Origin: an uncultured delta proteobacterium
GTDB taxonomy: Bacteria > Myxococcota > Myxococcia > Myxococcales > Anaeromyxobacteraceae
Assembly (NCBI GenBank): GCA_963845515.1
Contig: CAWJSR010000015.1
Coordinates: 64,001-128,000 of the forward strand
Direction: 5' to 3'
Length of the DNA stretch: 64,000 bases
Shown: piece after piece, positions 40,782 to 52,086 of the stretch
Layout of the letters: each line of letters opens with the position of its first letter
How positions within the stretch are numbered: position 1 is the stretch's first letter
Program-made: the position numbers and the translations under genes
Notes under the pieces: model-generated
The model's input: only the letters and a program-made list of their open reading frames with translations
Database searches by the model: none
Told to the model about the DNA's origin: nothing

Positions 40782-41269
40782 TGGCACGCAAGGTCATGAA
40801 CGTCATCCTCGCCGGGCTCGGCGGGCAGGGGGTCATCAAGGCCTCCGACATCCTGGCCGACGCCGCCTTCCGCGACGGCCGCGACGTCAAGAAGGCCGAG
40901 GTCCACGGGATGAGCCAGCGCGGCGGCTCGGTGACCACCGACGTGCGGTTCGGCGACGAGGTGCTCTCGCCGATGATCCCCTGGGGCGAGGCCGACTTCA
41001 TCGTGGTCTGCGCGCCGAGCGAGGTGGAGGTGGTCCGGCCGCTCCTTCGGCAGGGCGGCCTGATGCTCCCGCCCGACTTCGTCGACGAGTCGAAGCTCGG
41101 GAACAAGCGGAGCCTCAACGTCGCGCTGCTCGGCGCCCTCTCGCACCACCTCGACATCCCCGAGGAGCGCTGGATCGAGGCGATCAACGCCGCGCTGCCG
41201 GCGCACCTGCACGACGTCAACGCCAAGGCCTTCCGGCTCGGGCGGGAGACCGCCGCAGCAAGGACGTAG
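40781..41269 (+). CDS. iorB: Indolepyruvate:ferredoxin oxidoreductase beta subunit
   Basis: AGLGGQG, EVHGMSQRGGSV; TGATG overlap with iorA. Confidence 0.92.
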   Translation: MARKVMNVILAGLGGQGVIKASDILADAAFRDGRDVKKAEVHGMSQRGGSVTTDVRFGDEVLSPMIPWGEADFIVVCAPSEVEVVRPLLRQGGLMLPPDFVDESKLGNKRSLNVALLGALSHHLDIPEERWIEAINAALPAHLHDVNAKAFRLGRETAAART

Positions 41270-41321
41270 ATCACGCCGGGCGCGCCAGCGCCGCGGCACG
41301 AGGACCCAGGAGGAGGGACCC

Positions 41322-42647
41322 GTGAAGAGCCAGTGGAACGACGCCCCCGGAGGCTTTCATCCAGCCAGCGCGCCCGACTTCCTGCCGCGCGCGCAGCTCC
41401 AGACGCTCCAGCTCGGCCGGCTGCAGGCGACCGTCGCCCGCGCCTACGACAAGGTGCCGCTCTTCCGTGAGCGGATGGAGGCCAGCGGCCTCCGGCCCGC
41501 CGACGTCAAGGCGCTCCCCGACATCGCGAAGCTCCCGTTCACGGTGAAGGCGGACCTCCGCGACACCTACCCCTTCGGCCTCTTCGCGAGCCCGATGGAG
41601 GAGGTGGTCAGGCTCCACGCCTCCTCCGGGACGACCGGCAAGCCGATCGTCGTCGCCTACACCGAGACCGACCTGCAGGTCTGGACGAGCGTGATGGTCC
41701 GCTCCTTCGCCGCCTGTGGGCTCCACCGGGGCGACGTCCTCCAGAATGCGTACGGCTACGGCCTCTTCACCGGCGGTCTCGGCGCGCACTACGGGGGCGA
41801 GGCGCTGGGCGCGACGGTGATCCCGATCTCCGGCGGCAACACCGAGCGGCAGCTCATGGTGCTGCAGGACTTCGGCGTCACCGCGATCAGCTGCACGCCC
41901 AGCTACTTCATCCACCTGGTGGAGAAGGCGCGCGAGGCGAAGGTCGGCTTCGGCAAGCTCAAGGTCGGGGTCTTCGGCGCCGAGCCCTGGAGCGAGGAGA
42001 TGCGCCAGTACATCCAGGCGGAGACCGGGATCAAGGCCTACGACATCTACGGCCTCTCCGAGATCACCGGCCCCGGCGTCGGGATCGAGTGCCAGGCGCA
42101 GTCCGGCCCGCACATCTTCGAGGACCACTTCTTCCCGGAGATCATCGACCCGGAGACCGGCGCCCCGCTGCCGGACGGCGCCGAGGGTGAGCTCGTGCTC
42201 ACGACCCTCTCGAAGCAGGCGATGCCGATGATCCGGTACCGGACGCGTGACATCACGTCGATCCACCCGGAGCCCTGCCCCTGCGGCCGGACGATCCGCC
42301 GGATCCGGCGCATCGGCAGGCGCTCCGACGACATGTTCATCATCCGTGGCGTCAACGTCTTCCCGTCGCAGGTCGAGACCGCGCTCCTCAAGGTGGAGGG
42401 GACGCTGCCGCACTACCAGATCATCCTCACCCGCGAGCTCGGGCTGGACAACATGGAGGTGCAGGTCGAGGTCACGCCGGAGTTCTTCTCCGACAAGATC
42501 AGCGCCCTCGAGAGCCTGCAGCACAAGCTGGCGGACGCCGTCGAGCACGTCCTCGGGCTCCGCGTGAAGGTCACCCTCGTCGAGCCGCGGACGCTGGCGC
42601 GCAGCGAGGGCAAGGCGAAGCGGGTCGTCGACAAGCGCAGGATCTGA
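41322..42647 (+). CDS. paaK: Phenylacetate-CoA ligase, copy 1
   Basis: HASSGTTGKP, YGLFTGGLG, DIYGLSE, RYRTRD, GVNVFPSQ. Confidence 0.92.
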   Translation: MKSQWNDAPGGFHPASAPDFLPRAQLQTLQLGRLQATVARAYDKVPLFRERMEASGLRPADVKALPDIAKLPFTVKADLRDTYPFGLFASPMEEVVRLHASSGTTGKPIVVAYTETDLQVWTSVMVRSFAACGLHRGDVLQNAYGYGLFTGGLGAHYGGEALGATVIPISGGNTERQLMVLQDFGVTAISCTPSYFIHLVEKAREAKVGFGKLKVGVFGAEPWSEEMRQYIQAETGIKAYDIYGLSEITGPGVGIECQAQSGPHIFEDHFFPEIIDPETGAPLPDGAEGELVLTTLSKQAMPMIRYRTRDITSIHPEPCPCGRTIRRIRRIGRRSDDMFIIRGVNVFPSQVETALLKVEGTLPHYQIILTRELGLDNMEVQVEVTPEFFSDKISALESLQHKLADAVEHVLGLRVKVTLVEPRTLARSEGKAKRVVDKRRI

Positions 42648-42656
42648 GGAGCCGCC

Positions 42657-43103
42657 ATGAAGATCCGTCAGCTCTCGCTCTTCCTCGAGAACCGCCCCGG
42701 GCAGCTCCGAGTCCCCTTCAAGGCGCTCGGCGACGCGGGGATCGACTGCCTCACGATGTCGCTCGCCGACACCCAGCAGTTCGGGATCCTGCGGCTGGTG
42801 GTGAAGGACTGGGAGCGCGCCAAGAAGGTGCTCGAGGCGGCCGGCTCCGTCGTCAACGTCACCGAGCTGATCGCGATCGACGTCCCGGACCGTCCGGGCG
42901 GCCTCGCCGAGGTCCTCGAGACGTTCGAGAAGATCGGCCTCGGCATCGAGTACATGTACGCCTTCGCGGCGTCGCGCGCGCGCGGCGGCGACGCGACGCT
43001 GCTCGTGCGGCTCGAGGACACCGACGCCGGCGCCCGCCAGCTCCAGGCCGCGGGCGTGAAGCTCGTGAGCGCCGAGGAGCTGTTCCTGCGGGTGGGAGCG
43101 TGA
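42657..43103 (+). CDS. Tandem ACT-domain protein
   Basis: QLSLFLENRPG, DRPGGL, IEYMYAF. Confidence 0.9.
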   Translation: MKIRQLSLFLENRPGQLRVPFKALGDAGIDCLTMSLADTQQFGILRLVVKDWERAKKVLEAAGSVVNVTELIAIDVPDRPGGLAEVLETFEKIGLGIEYMYAFAASRARGGDATLLVRLEDTDAGARQLQAAGVKLVSAEELFLRVGA

Positions 43104-43127
43104 TGGCCGGGGCGGAGCGCTAGACCC

Positions 43128-44453
43128 ATGGCCGACTTCCCGTTCGAGAACCGGATCTGGGATCCGGCCGAGACCTTCTCTCGCGCCGCGCTCTCCGACC
43201 TCCAGCGCACCCGCCTCGCCGAGACGCTTCGGCGCGCCGCCGCCGTGCCCTTCTACCGGGACGAGCTGGCGCGCCGCAGGGTCGAAGCCGGCTCGATCCG
43301 GTCGCCCGACGACGTCCGGCGGCTCCCCTTCACGGTGAAGGACGACCTCCGGGACCACTACCCCTTCGGCCTCCTCGCGGTCCCGCGCAGCGAGGTCGCG
43401 CGCGTCCACGGCTCCTCGGGGACTACCGGCAGGCCCACCTTCGTCGCCTACACGAAGCGGGACCTCGAGACCTGGTCCGGGCTCGTCGCCCGCTTCCTCA
43501 CCGCTGGCGGCCTGCGCCCCGAGCACTTCGTCCACATCGCCTTCGGCTACGGGCTCTTCACCGGCGGCTTCGGCCTGCACTACGGCGTCGAGCGGGTCGG
43601 CGCGGCGGTGGTCCCGGCGGCCGGCGGGAACACGCCGCGGCAGGTGCTGCTCATCCGCGACCTCGGCGCCGAGGTCCTGGTCTGCACCCCCTCCTACGCG
43701 CTCCACATCGCAGAGGTGGCGCGGGAGCAGGGGTTCGCGCCGGGGTCGCTGCCGCTCCGGTTCGGCCACTTCGGCGGGGAGCCCTGGACGGAGGAGATGC
43801 GGCTGGAGATCGAGCGTGAGCTCGGCATCCTCGCGTTCAACAACTACGGCCTGTCCGAGGTGATCGGCCCCGGCGTCGCCGGCGAGTGCCCGGCGCGCCG
43901 CGGGATGCACGTCCAGGAGGACCACTTCATCGTCGAGTGCCTCGACCCGGTCACGCTCGAGCCGGTGCGGGACGGCGAGGTGGGCGAGCTGGTCTTCACG
44001 TCGCTCACGAAGGAGGCGCTCCCGATCCTCCGCTACCGGACCCGTGACCTGGCGACGCTCGACCGGTCACCGTGTCCCTGTGGCAGGACCGGCGTCCGGA
44101 TGGGGCGCGTCGTCGGCCGCTCCGACGACATGTTCATCGTCCGCGGCGTCAACGTCTTCCCGTCCCAGGTGGAGGAGGCGCTCCTGCGCGTGGAGGGGAC
44201 TGCGCCCCACTACCTCATCGAGATCTCGCGCCCCGGCTCGCTGGACGAGGTGGTGGTGAAGGTCGAGATCCGTCCAGGCGAGTTCTCGGACGAGATGCGC
44301 CACATGATCGCGCTGCACGACCGGATCGATCGCGAGATCCACGCAGTGACCGGGATCCGGATGCGGGTCGAGCTGGTCGCGCCCGGCTCGATCGAGCGCT
44401 CCGCCGGCAAGGCGAAGCGCGTAGTCGATCACCGCAAGGGATCTACTTCGTGA
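43128..44453 (+). CDS. paaK: Phenylacetate-CoA ligase, copy 2
   Basis: HGSSGTTGRP, YGLFTGGFG, NYGLSE, RYRTRD. Confidence 0.92.
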   Translation: MADFPFENRIWDPAETFSRAALSDLQRTRLAETLRRAAAVPFYRDELARRRVEAGSIRSPDDVRRLPFTVKDDLRDHYPFGLLAVPRSEVARVHGSSGTTGRPTFVAYTKRDLETWSGLVARFLTAGGLRPEHFVHIAFGYGLFTGGFGLHYGVERVGAAVVPAAGGNTPRQVLLIRDLGAEVLVCTPSYALHIAEVAREQGFAPGSLPLRFGHFGGEPWTEEMRLEIERELGILAFNNYGLSEVIGPGVAGECPARRGMHVQEDHFIVECLDPVTLEPVRDGEVGELVFTSLTKEALPILRYRTRDLATLDRSPCPCGRTGVRMGRVVGRSDDMFIVRGVNVFPSQVEEALLRVEGTAPHYLIEISRPGSLDEVVVKVEIRPGEFSDEMRHMIALHDRIDREIHAVTGIRMRVELVAPGSIERSAGKAKRVVDHRKGSTS

Positions 44454-44877
44454 TCGTCACGCGCCGCACACCATCGGTGTCGGCGCCGGGTGAGACGTAG
44501 CCGATGGCGCCCGGGTACTCGCGTACGTAGGCCACGACCTCGGCATCCGTCCGCTTCTCCGGCGGCGGAACCGCCCGCCCCGAGAAGACCGACTGGGTCC
44601 AGTATTGCTCGATCGCCCCGATCGAGCGGCCGAGGACCTCCTTCGTGAAGGCCTTGCGCACAGGCGAGCCCTTGGCGAGGTCGACCGGCTTCACGTGCTC
44701 TCCGCCCGGCCACTGGGTCGTGCTGCGGAGGAAGAGCCGCGCCGCGTCGGGTCGCGCGAGCGTCGACGCCGAGTTGGCGGTGTTGACGATCACCACGTAC
44801 TCGGCAGCCGCCGACGCCACCGGAAGGAGCGCGGCGGCGGCGAGGCCAAGCAGGGCTAGCGAGCGTGTGCGGGACAT
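44443..44877 (-). CDS. Small periplasmic protein of the phosphate-ABC substrate-binding-like family
   Basis: Signal peptide; VVIVN...YWTQSVFSG...PP...PGAIGYV. Confidence 0.78.
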   Translation of the reverse strand: MSRTRSLALLGLAAAALLPVASAAAEYVVIVNTANSASTLARPDAARLFLRSTTQWPGGEHVKPVDLAKGSPVRKAFTKEVLGRSIGAIEQYWTQSVFSGRAVPPPEKRTDAEVVAYVREYPGAIGYVSPGADTDGVRRVTITK

Positions 44878-45066
44878 CAGGGCGTCTCTCCGGCAGCGGC
44901 TGGCCCACGCCTCCCGCTGTGTGGGGGCGGAACTTAGCCTTTCTACCCGGAGCCGTCGACGCTCGTTTGCACCGTTTTCACCAGGAGTCGTGTCACATAC
45001 GGGTCAGCTCCATGGGGGCCCGGCGAGGTTGAACGATCCACGGCGAGCGGGGTAGAAGCCCCCGCC

Positions 45067-46664
45067 ATGAACCGACCGGCGCGACCGACACAGGGCGACA
45101 AGCTCCCGCAGGGCCTTCGGGCGACGATCGGCAAGGACGCGCTCGCCTCGGTCGTCGTCTTCCTCGTGGCGCTGCCGCTGTGCATGGGCGTCGCGATCGC
45201 CTCCGGCGTGTCGCCGATGGCGGGGCTGATCACCGGCATCGTCGGCGGCCTGGTGGTCGGCCCGATCGCCGGCTCGCCGCTGCAGGTCAGCGGTCCGGCA
45301 GCGGGCCTGACCGTGCTCGTCTGGCAGCTCGTGCAGCAGCACGGCATCGCGATGCTGGGCGTGATCGTGCTGCTCGCCGGGCTGATGCAGTTCGCCGCCG
45401 GCCTGCTCAAGCTGGGCCAGTGGTTCCGCGCGGTCTCGCCGGCCGTCATCCACGGCATGCTGGCCGGCATCGGCGTGCTGATCTTCGGCTCGCAGTTCCA
45501 CGTCATGCTGGACGGGAAGCCGATCGGCTCCGGGCTCGCAGAACTTCGCCGGCATCCCGCGCACCCTGGTGGCGGCGCTGTCGTCTGCGGGCCCCTCGGC
45601 GCAGGCCCTCTGCATCGGCCTGCTCACCATCGCGCTGATCGTGCTGTGGAGCGCGTTCGCCACCGGAAGGCTGAAGATGTTGCCGGGCCCGCTCGTGGCG
45701 GTGGTCGTGGCGGCGATCGTCTCCGCCGCGATGCGGCTGAAGATCAAGTACATCCCCGACCTGCTCGCCAACCCGGAGGACATCAACGACTTCTGGGCCG
45801 CCGTTCATCTGCCCACGCTCGAGACCCTGCGGCAGGCGTTGGAGGGCGACATCCTCATCGCCGCCGTCTCGGTCGCCTTCATCGCCAGCGCGGAGACGCT
45901 GCTGAGCGCCAGCGCTGTCGATCAGCTGCACCAGGGGCCGCGCACCAAGTACGACAAGGAGCTGGTGGCGCAGGGCGTCGGCAACTTCATCTGCGGCCTG
46001 CTCGGCGCGCTGCCGATGACCGGCGTGATCGTGCGCTCCACCGCCAACGTCGAGGCGGGCGCCAGGACGCGCGCGTCCGCCATCCTGCACGGCGTCTGGC
46101 TGCTGCTGTTCGCGGCGGTGCTGCCGTTCATCCTCCGCGTACATCCCGGTCGCGAGCCTGGCCGCGGTGCTGGTCTTCACCGGCTACAAGCTGGCCTATC
46201 CCAAGGCGGTCCCGAGCCTGCTCAAGTTCGGCAAGAGCGAGGTGGCGATCTACTTCGTCACCATCGTCATGATCGTGTCGACGAACCTGCTGGAGGGCGT
46301 GCTGGTCGGCCTGGGGCTGTCGATCCTCAAGCTGCTCTACGCCTTCTCGCATCTGGAGATCCGCTGGGAGGACGACGAGGACGGCAACCGGGTGCAGCTG
46401 CACCTGAAGGGCGCAGCCACGTTGATCCGGCTGCCCAGGCTCGCGGCCGCGCTGGAGGAGGTCAAACCGGGGACCGAGGTGCATGTCCACTTCGAGCACC
46501 TGGACTACATCGACCACGCCTGCCTCGACCTGCTGTCCAACTGGGAAAGGCAGCACGAGGTCACCGGCGGCACGCTGGTCATCGAATGGGAGGAGCTCTC
46601 CTCGAAGTACCACCAGCGTCGGCCCGGGGCGAAGAGGAGCGCGGCCTCCCCGACCCCAGGGTGA
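45067..46664 (+). CDS. SulP-family anion transporter with STAS domain (frameshifts ~45540 and ~46140)
   Basis: VFLVALPLCMGVAIASG, QVSGPAAGL, ELVAQGVGN, VIVRSTAN, YIDHAC across three frames. Confidence 0.9.
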
Positions 46665-46835
46665 GCCCGGGGAGAGTGGCGAGAATGAAGTAGCACTCCG
46701 CGCCCGTGCGCCCCGATGCCGCACCCACTCGGCGCGGACGTGGCATGCGGTCGGCACACCCCCTCTGGTATGGATCCACGCGGCTTCGCGAGCACGTGCT
46801 TGCGCACGCCGCCACGAAGGGACCGGGGAACGCCG

Positions 46836-48884
46836 ATGCACGTCGAGTTGGCCTGGATGCTCGTCCTGGCGGTCGCCGTGACCGCGGGGATCGGCGCATT
46901 CCGCCTCTGGCGCGCCCGGCGCCCGGGGGGCCGACCTTCAGGCGCGCTCGGGGCTGGCGACACGAGGCTGCTCGAGCGACTCGAGGAGGCCTCACGGTAC
47001 TTGAATGACGCCGTGATGATCGCCGGCCCCAACCAGGAACTCCTGCTCGCCAACGACCGCGCCCTCTCGCTGCTCGGATACTCCCGGGACGAGCTGCTCC
47101 GGATGAAGGTGCGGGAGCTGCGCGATCCGGCCACCCTCGGGGACTACGCCGACCGCGTCCGCGAGCAGCGGGCCGAGGGCGCCGCACGCTTCGAGACACG
47201 CTTCCTCTGCAGGGACGGCAGCCGCCTCGCCGTGGAGGTGAGCATCCGGGTGTTCCACCTGGACGGGCAGCCGTATTACCAGGCGGCCATCCGCGACGTC
47301 ACCGAGCGCAGGCGCCTGGAGGAGGCACTCCGCGCCAGCGAGGAGCGGCTGCGGGCGATCATCAAGACGGAGCCAGAGTGCGTGAAGGTCATCGCGCCGG
47401 ACGGGACGCTCGTCGAGATGAACCCGTCTGGCCTCGCCATGCTCGAGGCCGACTCCCTGGCCGCCGCCCAGGCGGTCTCCCTCATCGAGTTCGTCGATCC
47501 CGAGTACCGCCCCGCCTTCGTCGCGCTGTTCAAGACCGTGATGGGCGGGGGGAGCGGCCGCCTCCAGTTCGACGTCACCGGGCTCCGCGGCTCGCACCGC
47601 ACGTTGGAGACCAACGCCGTCCCGTTGCGCGACGCGGACGGTCGCATCACCGGCCTGCTCGGCGTGACCCGGGACATCACGGAGCGGGTGCGGGCCGAGA
47701 CGGCGCTGCGCCAGAGCATCACCGAGCAGCGCCGGCTCGAGGAGCAGCTGGCCCAGGCGCAGAAGCTGGAGAGCATCGGGCGGCTCGCCGGAGGCATCGC
47801 CCACGACTTCAACAACCTGCTCGTGGCGATCCTCGGCAACGTCGAGTTCCTGGAGGAGGGCATCCGCTCCGGCCAGGCGAGGGTGGAGGACCTGCAGGAC
47901 ATCCGGGCGGCCGGGGAGCGGGCTCGCGACCTCACGGCGCAGCTGCTCGCCGTCGCGCGGCGGCAGGTGATCGCCCCGCGCCAGCTCGACGTCGTCCAGC
48001 TGGTGCGGGAAGCCGAGAAGCTGCTCAGCCGGGTGATGAGAGAAGACGTCGCGATGGAGGTGATCCTCCCCGACGGGCTGTGGCCGATCCAGGGCGACGG
48101 CGGCCAGCTGCAGCAGGTCATCCTGAACCTGGCCGTGAACGCCCGGGACGCCATGCCGAAGGGCGGGCGCTTCACGCTGGAGGCCGCCAACGTCGAGCTG
48201 GACGATCGCTGGGCAGCGTCGCATTCCGGCGCCGCCGCCGGCCCCCACGTCCTGCTGCGGTTCAGCGACACCGGCGAGGGGATGACCGACCTGGTCAAGG
48301 CGCACCTCTTCGAGCCCTTCTTCACCACGAAGCCGGTCGGGCACGGCACCGGGCTCGGGCTCGCGACCGTGTACGGCATCGTGAAGCAGAGCGCCGGCTT
48401 CATCGAATGGGAGAGCGAGCCCGGGGCTGGGACCACCTTCCGCATCTACTTCCCGCGCGCCGCGAGAGGCGGGGCTGCAGCCGTGCCCCCGCTCGCGCGC
48501 CCCACCTTCCGAGGCACCGAGACCGTCCTCGTGGTCGAGGACGAGCCGGCCGTGCGGGAGATCGCCATGCGCTCACTCTCCGGCGCCGGCTACAAGGTGC
48601 TCGCGGCCGGGGGGGGGCCGCAGGCGCTGAAGCTGCTCGCAAGCCTGGACGAGCCCCTGCACCTGCTGCTCACCGACGTCGTCATGCCCGAGGTGTCCGG
48701 CAAGATGGTCGCCGAGGCCGCGAGCCGGCTCCAGCCGTCGACCCGCGTGCTCTACATGTCCGGCTACGCCAACGACGCCATCGCGCACCACGGCGTCCTG
48801 GAGCCCGGGTTGGAGCTGCTGACGAAGCCCTTCACGCCCTCCGGGCTGCTCGCGAAGGTGAGGGCGGTCCTCGACCTGGCGTAG
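46836..48884 (+). CDS. PAS-PAS hybrid sensor histidine kinase/response regulator
   Basis: Two PAS domains, AHDFNNLL, NARDAM, FTTK, GTGLGL, receiver LTDVVMP. Confidence 0.95.
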   Translation: MHVELAWMLVLAVAVTAGIGAFRLWRARRPGGRPSGALGAGDTRLLERLEEASRYLNDAVMIAGPNQELLLANDRALSLLGYSRDELLRMKVRELRDPATLGDYADRVREQRAEGAARFETRFLCRDGSRLAVEVSIRVFHLDGQPYYQAAIRDVTERRRLEEALRASEERLRAIIKTEPECVKVIAPDGTLVEMNPSGLAMLEADSLAAAQAVSLIEFVDPEYRPAFVALFKTVMGGGSGRLQFDVTGLRGSHRTLETNAVPLRDADGRITGLLGVTRDITERVRAETALRQSITEQRRLEEQLAQAQKLESIGRLAGGIAHDFNNLLVAILGNVEFLEEGIRSGQARVEDLQDIRAAGERARDLTAQLLAVARRQVIAPRQLDVVQLVREAEKLLSRVMREDVAMEVILPDGLWPIQGDGGQLQQVILNLAVNARDAMPKGGRFTLEAANVELDDRWAASHSGAAAGPHVLLRFSDTGEGMTDLVKAHLFEPFFTTKPVGHGTGLGLATVYGIVKQSAGFIEWESEPGAGTTFRIYFPRAARGGAAAVPPLARPTFRGTETVLVVEDEPAVREIAMRSLSGAGYKVLAAGGGPQALKLLASLDEPLHLLLTDVVMPEVSGKMVAEAASRLQPSTRVLYMSGYANDAIAHHGVLEPGLELLTKPFTPSGLLAKVRAVLDLA

Positions 48885-49041
48885 GGTGGCCACGAGCCGC
48901 CTGCCTCACGACTGCGGCTGCGGCATCAAGCTGGCCGGCGCGCGTCGCCAACGAAGATGGCGGCGACAATCCCCGACGCGCGATGGCGAAGACGAACGGA
49001 AGACGTCTAGGTCGGCTCATCGAAGGATGATGCCACACCAA

Positions 49042-49504
49042 GCGACGTGAGCTGCCGCCACCTGTCGGGCGGCATGAGGCGTCGCCTCCTCATCGCGAAG
49101 GCGCTGGTCCACGACCCCAGGGTGCTCTTCCTCGACGAGCCCACCGCCGGCGCTGGGAGATCCTGGCTGGCTTCGTCGGGGCGGCGGTGGTGAGGGGCCT
49201 GCTCATCGGCCTCGTCACCTGGCTGGTGGCGGGGCTCTTCACCGGCTTCGAGGTGGCCCACCCGGTCCTGACGCTCGCCATGCTTGTCCTGGTGGCGGTG
49301 ATCTTCGCCGGCCTGGGGGTGGCCTCCGCCATATGGGCCCAGACCTTCGAGCAGGTTCTACATGGTGGACGCGGTCCGCTTCGGGATGCTGGGCATCTCC
49401 GACGCACCGCCGGCCGCCAGCGCGGCGCTGGTGGCGTTCCTGGCCTCGGTGCGCTGATCGGCCCCTACCTCCTGCTCCGGTCCGGTTGGCGCCTGCGCGG
49501 GTAG
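49042..49504 (+). pseudogene. Collapsed duplicate of the ABC ATPase/permease operon
   Basis: 49042-49150 matches 63389-63497 at 108/109 nt, fused directly to fragments of an ABC-2 permease 3' half ending SGWRLRG*. Confidence 0.85.
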
Positions 49505-49529
49505 CGCTACGCTGCGGCACGCAGCTTCG

Positions 49530-52086
49530 TTAACCGGCTTCCGCGTCAGGAGGCGTTCCATCCTCGCCGACACCACCCGGCCGTCGGCGTCCAGCCCGAG
49601 GAACGCGACCCCCGCCTGTCGCAACTCCGCGGGCCACGGCCCGTCGAACCAGAGGTTCCCGACGGAATAGAAGACCGGAACGCCAGCCGACGCTCTCCTG
49701 CGTCTGGATAGCGTGCGGCCCGCTGCCGACGACCGCGTCGGCCCCTTGCTCCACGAACCAGCGCGCCCATCGGCGCTGCTCGTCGGTAATCCGTGCCGTC
49801 CCTTCTGCGCCCCAGTGCGGTAGGACGACGACCGTCCGCCCCTGCCGATGCGCGTCGGCGATCGCCTCTGCCACCTGCTTCGCGTGCCCCGGCAGCGCTG
49901 CGACGCCCGCCTCGCGCCGGCCCAGCAGCGAGCAGGTCGGGGTCGGTCAGCGTGACGGAGACGAAGGCGACCTCCATCCGGTTCACCTTCGCGGGCCACG
50001 GGGCGATCGCCGCCGAGACGTCCTCGCCGGCGCCGAAGCGTCCGATGCCTTCTTCGAGGAGCGCGCGGAGCGTCCCCGTGAGTCCCTCCTCCCCGAAGTC
50101 ACCCGCGTGGTTGTTCGCGAGCGAGACGGCGCGGATCCCGGCCGCGCGCAGTTCGGCGAGCCGCGAAGGCATGACCTGGAGGTCGTAGCGCTTGTCCGCC
50201 GCTTGCCCACCGCTCCCCACTGTCGTCTCCAGATTGGCGACCGCGAAATCCGCGCGCCCGAGAAGGTCACGGAGAAGTGCAGGCGCCGCTCCGCTCTCGC
50301 CGGGCATCACGTCGCCCCCCACAGCGATCCAGCTCACGGCCTCGCGCGACGGGCCCAGGTAGAGGTCGAAGCGCTTCTGGGCGCGCCCCTCGACCAGGCG
50401 AGCGAGCGAGATGACCTCGGGGGCGCCACCGAGGTGATGGATCACCAGGTCCTCGGGTCCTAGCGTGCCGACAGGCGCCCGGTCCTCCCAGAGCGCCGCT
50501 ACGTGGGAACCCAGATGGACGACGAGGCCGCGCGAGGCGGCGTCAGGTGGAATGGCGACGCGATCCGTGTCGCGCGCGCCCTCGGCCACCCTTACGAGGT
50601 GGCGGCGGAGCTGCGCGGGATTGCTCCAGGGCATCCGCAGGCCGCTTCGGCGCCACGCGTAGACGAGGAAGTTCGCGCAGTCGTTCCCGACCCCGGTGTC
50701 GGGGCCGCGAAGGCCGCCGCGTCGCAGGAATCCTGCCCCGAAGACGTACGGGAGGCCGAACTGCTCCGCGAGCCCGCCGCGGAAGCCGTCGCCACCTCCC
50801 CTTCGGATCTCCACCCGGGCGGTGTGCGCGACGCCGTCGTCAGTCTCGACCTCGGCCGAGAGCCGCAGCACGCCCGTACGGTCCGGCCCGGGAAGGGCGG
50901 CCATCCAGCGTTCCGAAGGGAGCGATAGGGAGCTGGTGCGAGCGAGCGCCGCTGGCTCGAACTCCACGATGGGCGGCGCAGCGCCGGCGAACACCTTCCC
51001 GGCCGGCAGGTCGGGGAGCACGTTGTAGCTCCACGCCTTCGGAGTCCACCGGAGCCAGGTCACGCGGCGAACCCGTCCCGGCAGCCCGCCCTCGATGCGC
51101 AGGTCGTGCGCCTCGTCCGGCCTGGGTCGGAGGACTCCGTCGGCCCCCGCATCCACCCCGTCGAGCGCTACGCGCCACTCGCCCGTCTCTGCCCTCCAAC
51201 GCGAGAGGAGCTCGCTCCAGCGCGTGGGGTCCAACCGGACGTCGAGCCGATCTGCGTTCGCCAGAAGGAGGCTGCGCAGCTCGGGTGAGACCGTCTCCGG
51301 GTCGAACCTCGGCGGCTCCCGGCGCTGCAGATAGAGCTCCTTCGCACGCTCGGAGCGATCCGGCCCCTCGATCCCCCACGGCTCTAGCCGGATCGAGGCG
51401 TGGGGAATCGTCATCGCGGCATGCAGCGCCATCAACAGGAGGCGTGAGGCCTCCGCGGCGTCGGCGAGCCACGGCCGCGAGACGGCGAAGGAGATCGCCG
51501 AAAGCCGCGGGAGGCGGACCACCCTGGTCCAGACCTCGGAGAAGCGCGTTCCCTGCTCTGCCGGTGCGAGCCCCGCAAAAGCGTCGAGGTCGATGCTCGC
51601 CACCAAGGGGAGCTCGCCTGAGAGAAGGCTCTCGAGGGCGTCGAGGCGCACCGCTTCGACCCCGTCCGGAAGGCGCGCGGCCCGGTCGTCGCCGCCGCCC
51701 TGCCGCACCCATATGACCCTCGCGATTGGCGATGGCATGAGCGGCAGGATCCAGTCGAACGACTGGAGGTCACCTGCGCGCCGCCAACCGGCCACGCGCG
51801 CCTGGCGCTCCTCGGGGGACGCGACGCGGCGAAGTCCCTCGCGGAGCCGTCCCGGGTCGCGCGGCGTCGAGGAGTCGGAGTGGGCGTCCACGAGGACAAG
51901 GACGTGCGGCTGTTCGAGGTCGAGCGCCTCCGCGAGGAACTGGAAGGTCCCCGCGTGGTTGTCCTCGACGTAGATCGGCAGCGGTCCCTGCGGGTCCCGG
52001 GAGACCGCGGGCCCGGCGGCGACGAGCGCGAGTGCGGTGAAGCTAGCGAGCCGGTTGAACCGCCGGCTTCGCGGCGAGCCGGTCAT
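49530..52086 (-). CDS. Large secreted multidomain protein ending in a CapA/PGA_cap metallophosphoesterase domain (3' frameshifts)
   Basis: Signal peptide; GGDVM, ANLET, SLANNHAGDFG, PHWG, GSGPH, YSVGN; frames shift near 49900 and 49690. Confidence 0.8.

Noticed and set aside
46741..46756. Sigma54 promoter TGGCATGCGGTCGGCA upstream of the hybrid kinase
   Set aside because: Spacing is right but the -12 element lacks the conserved T; no supporting evidence
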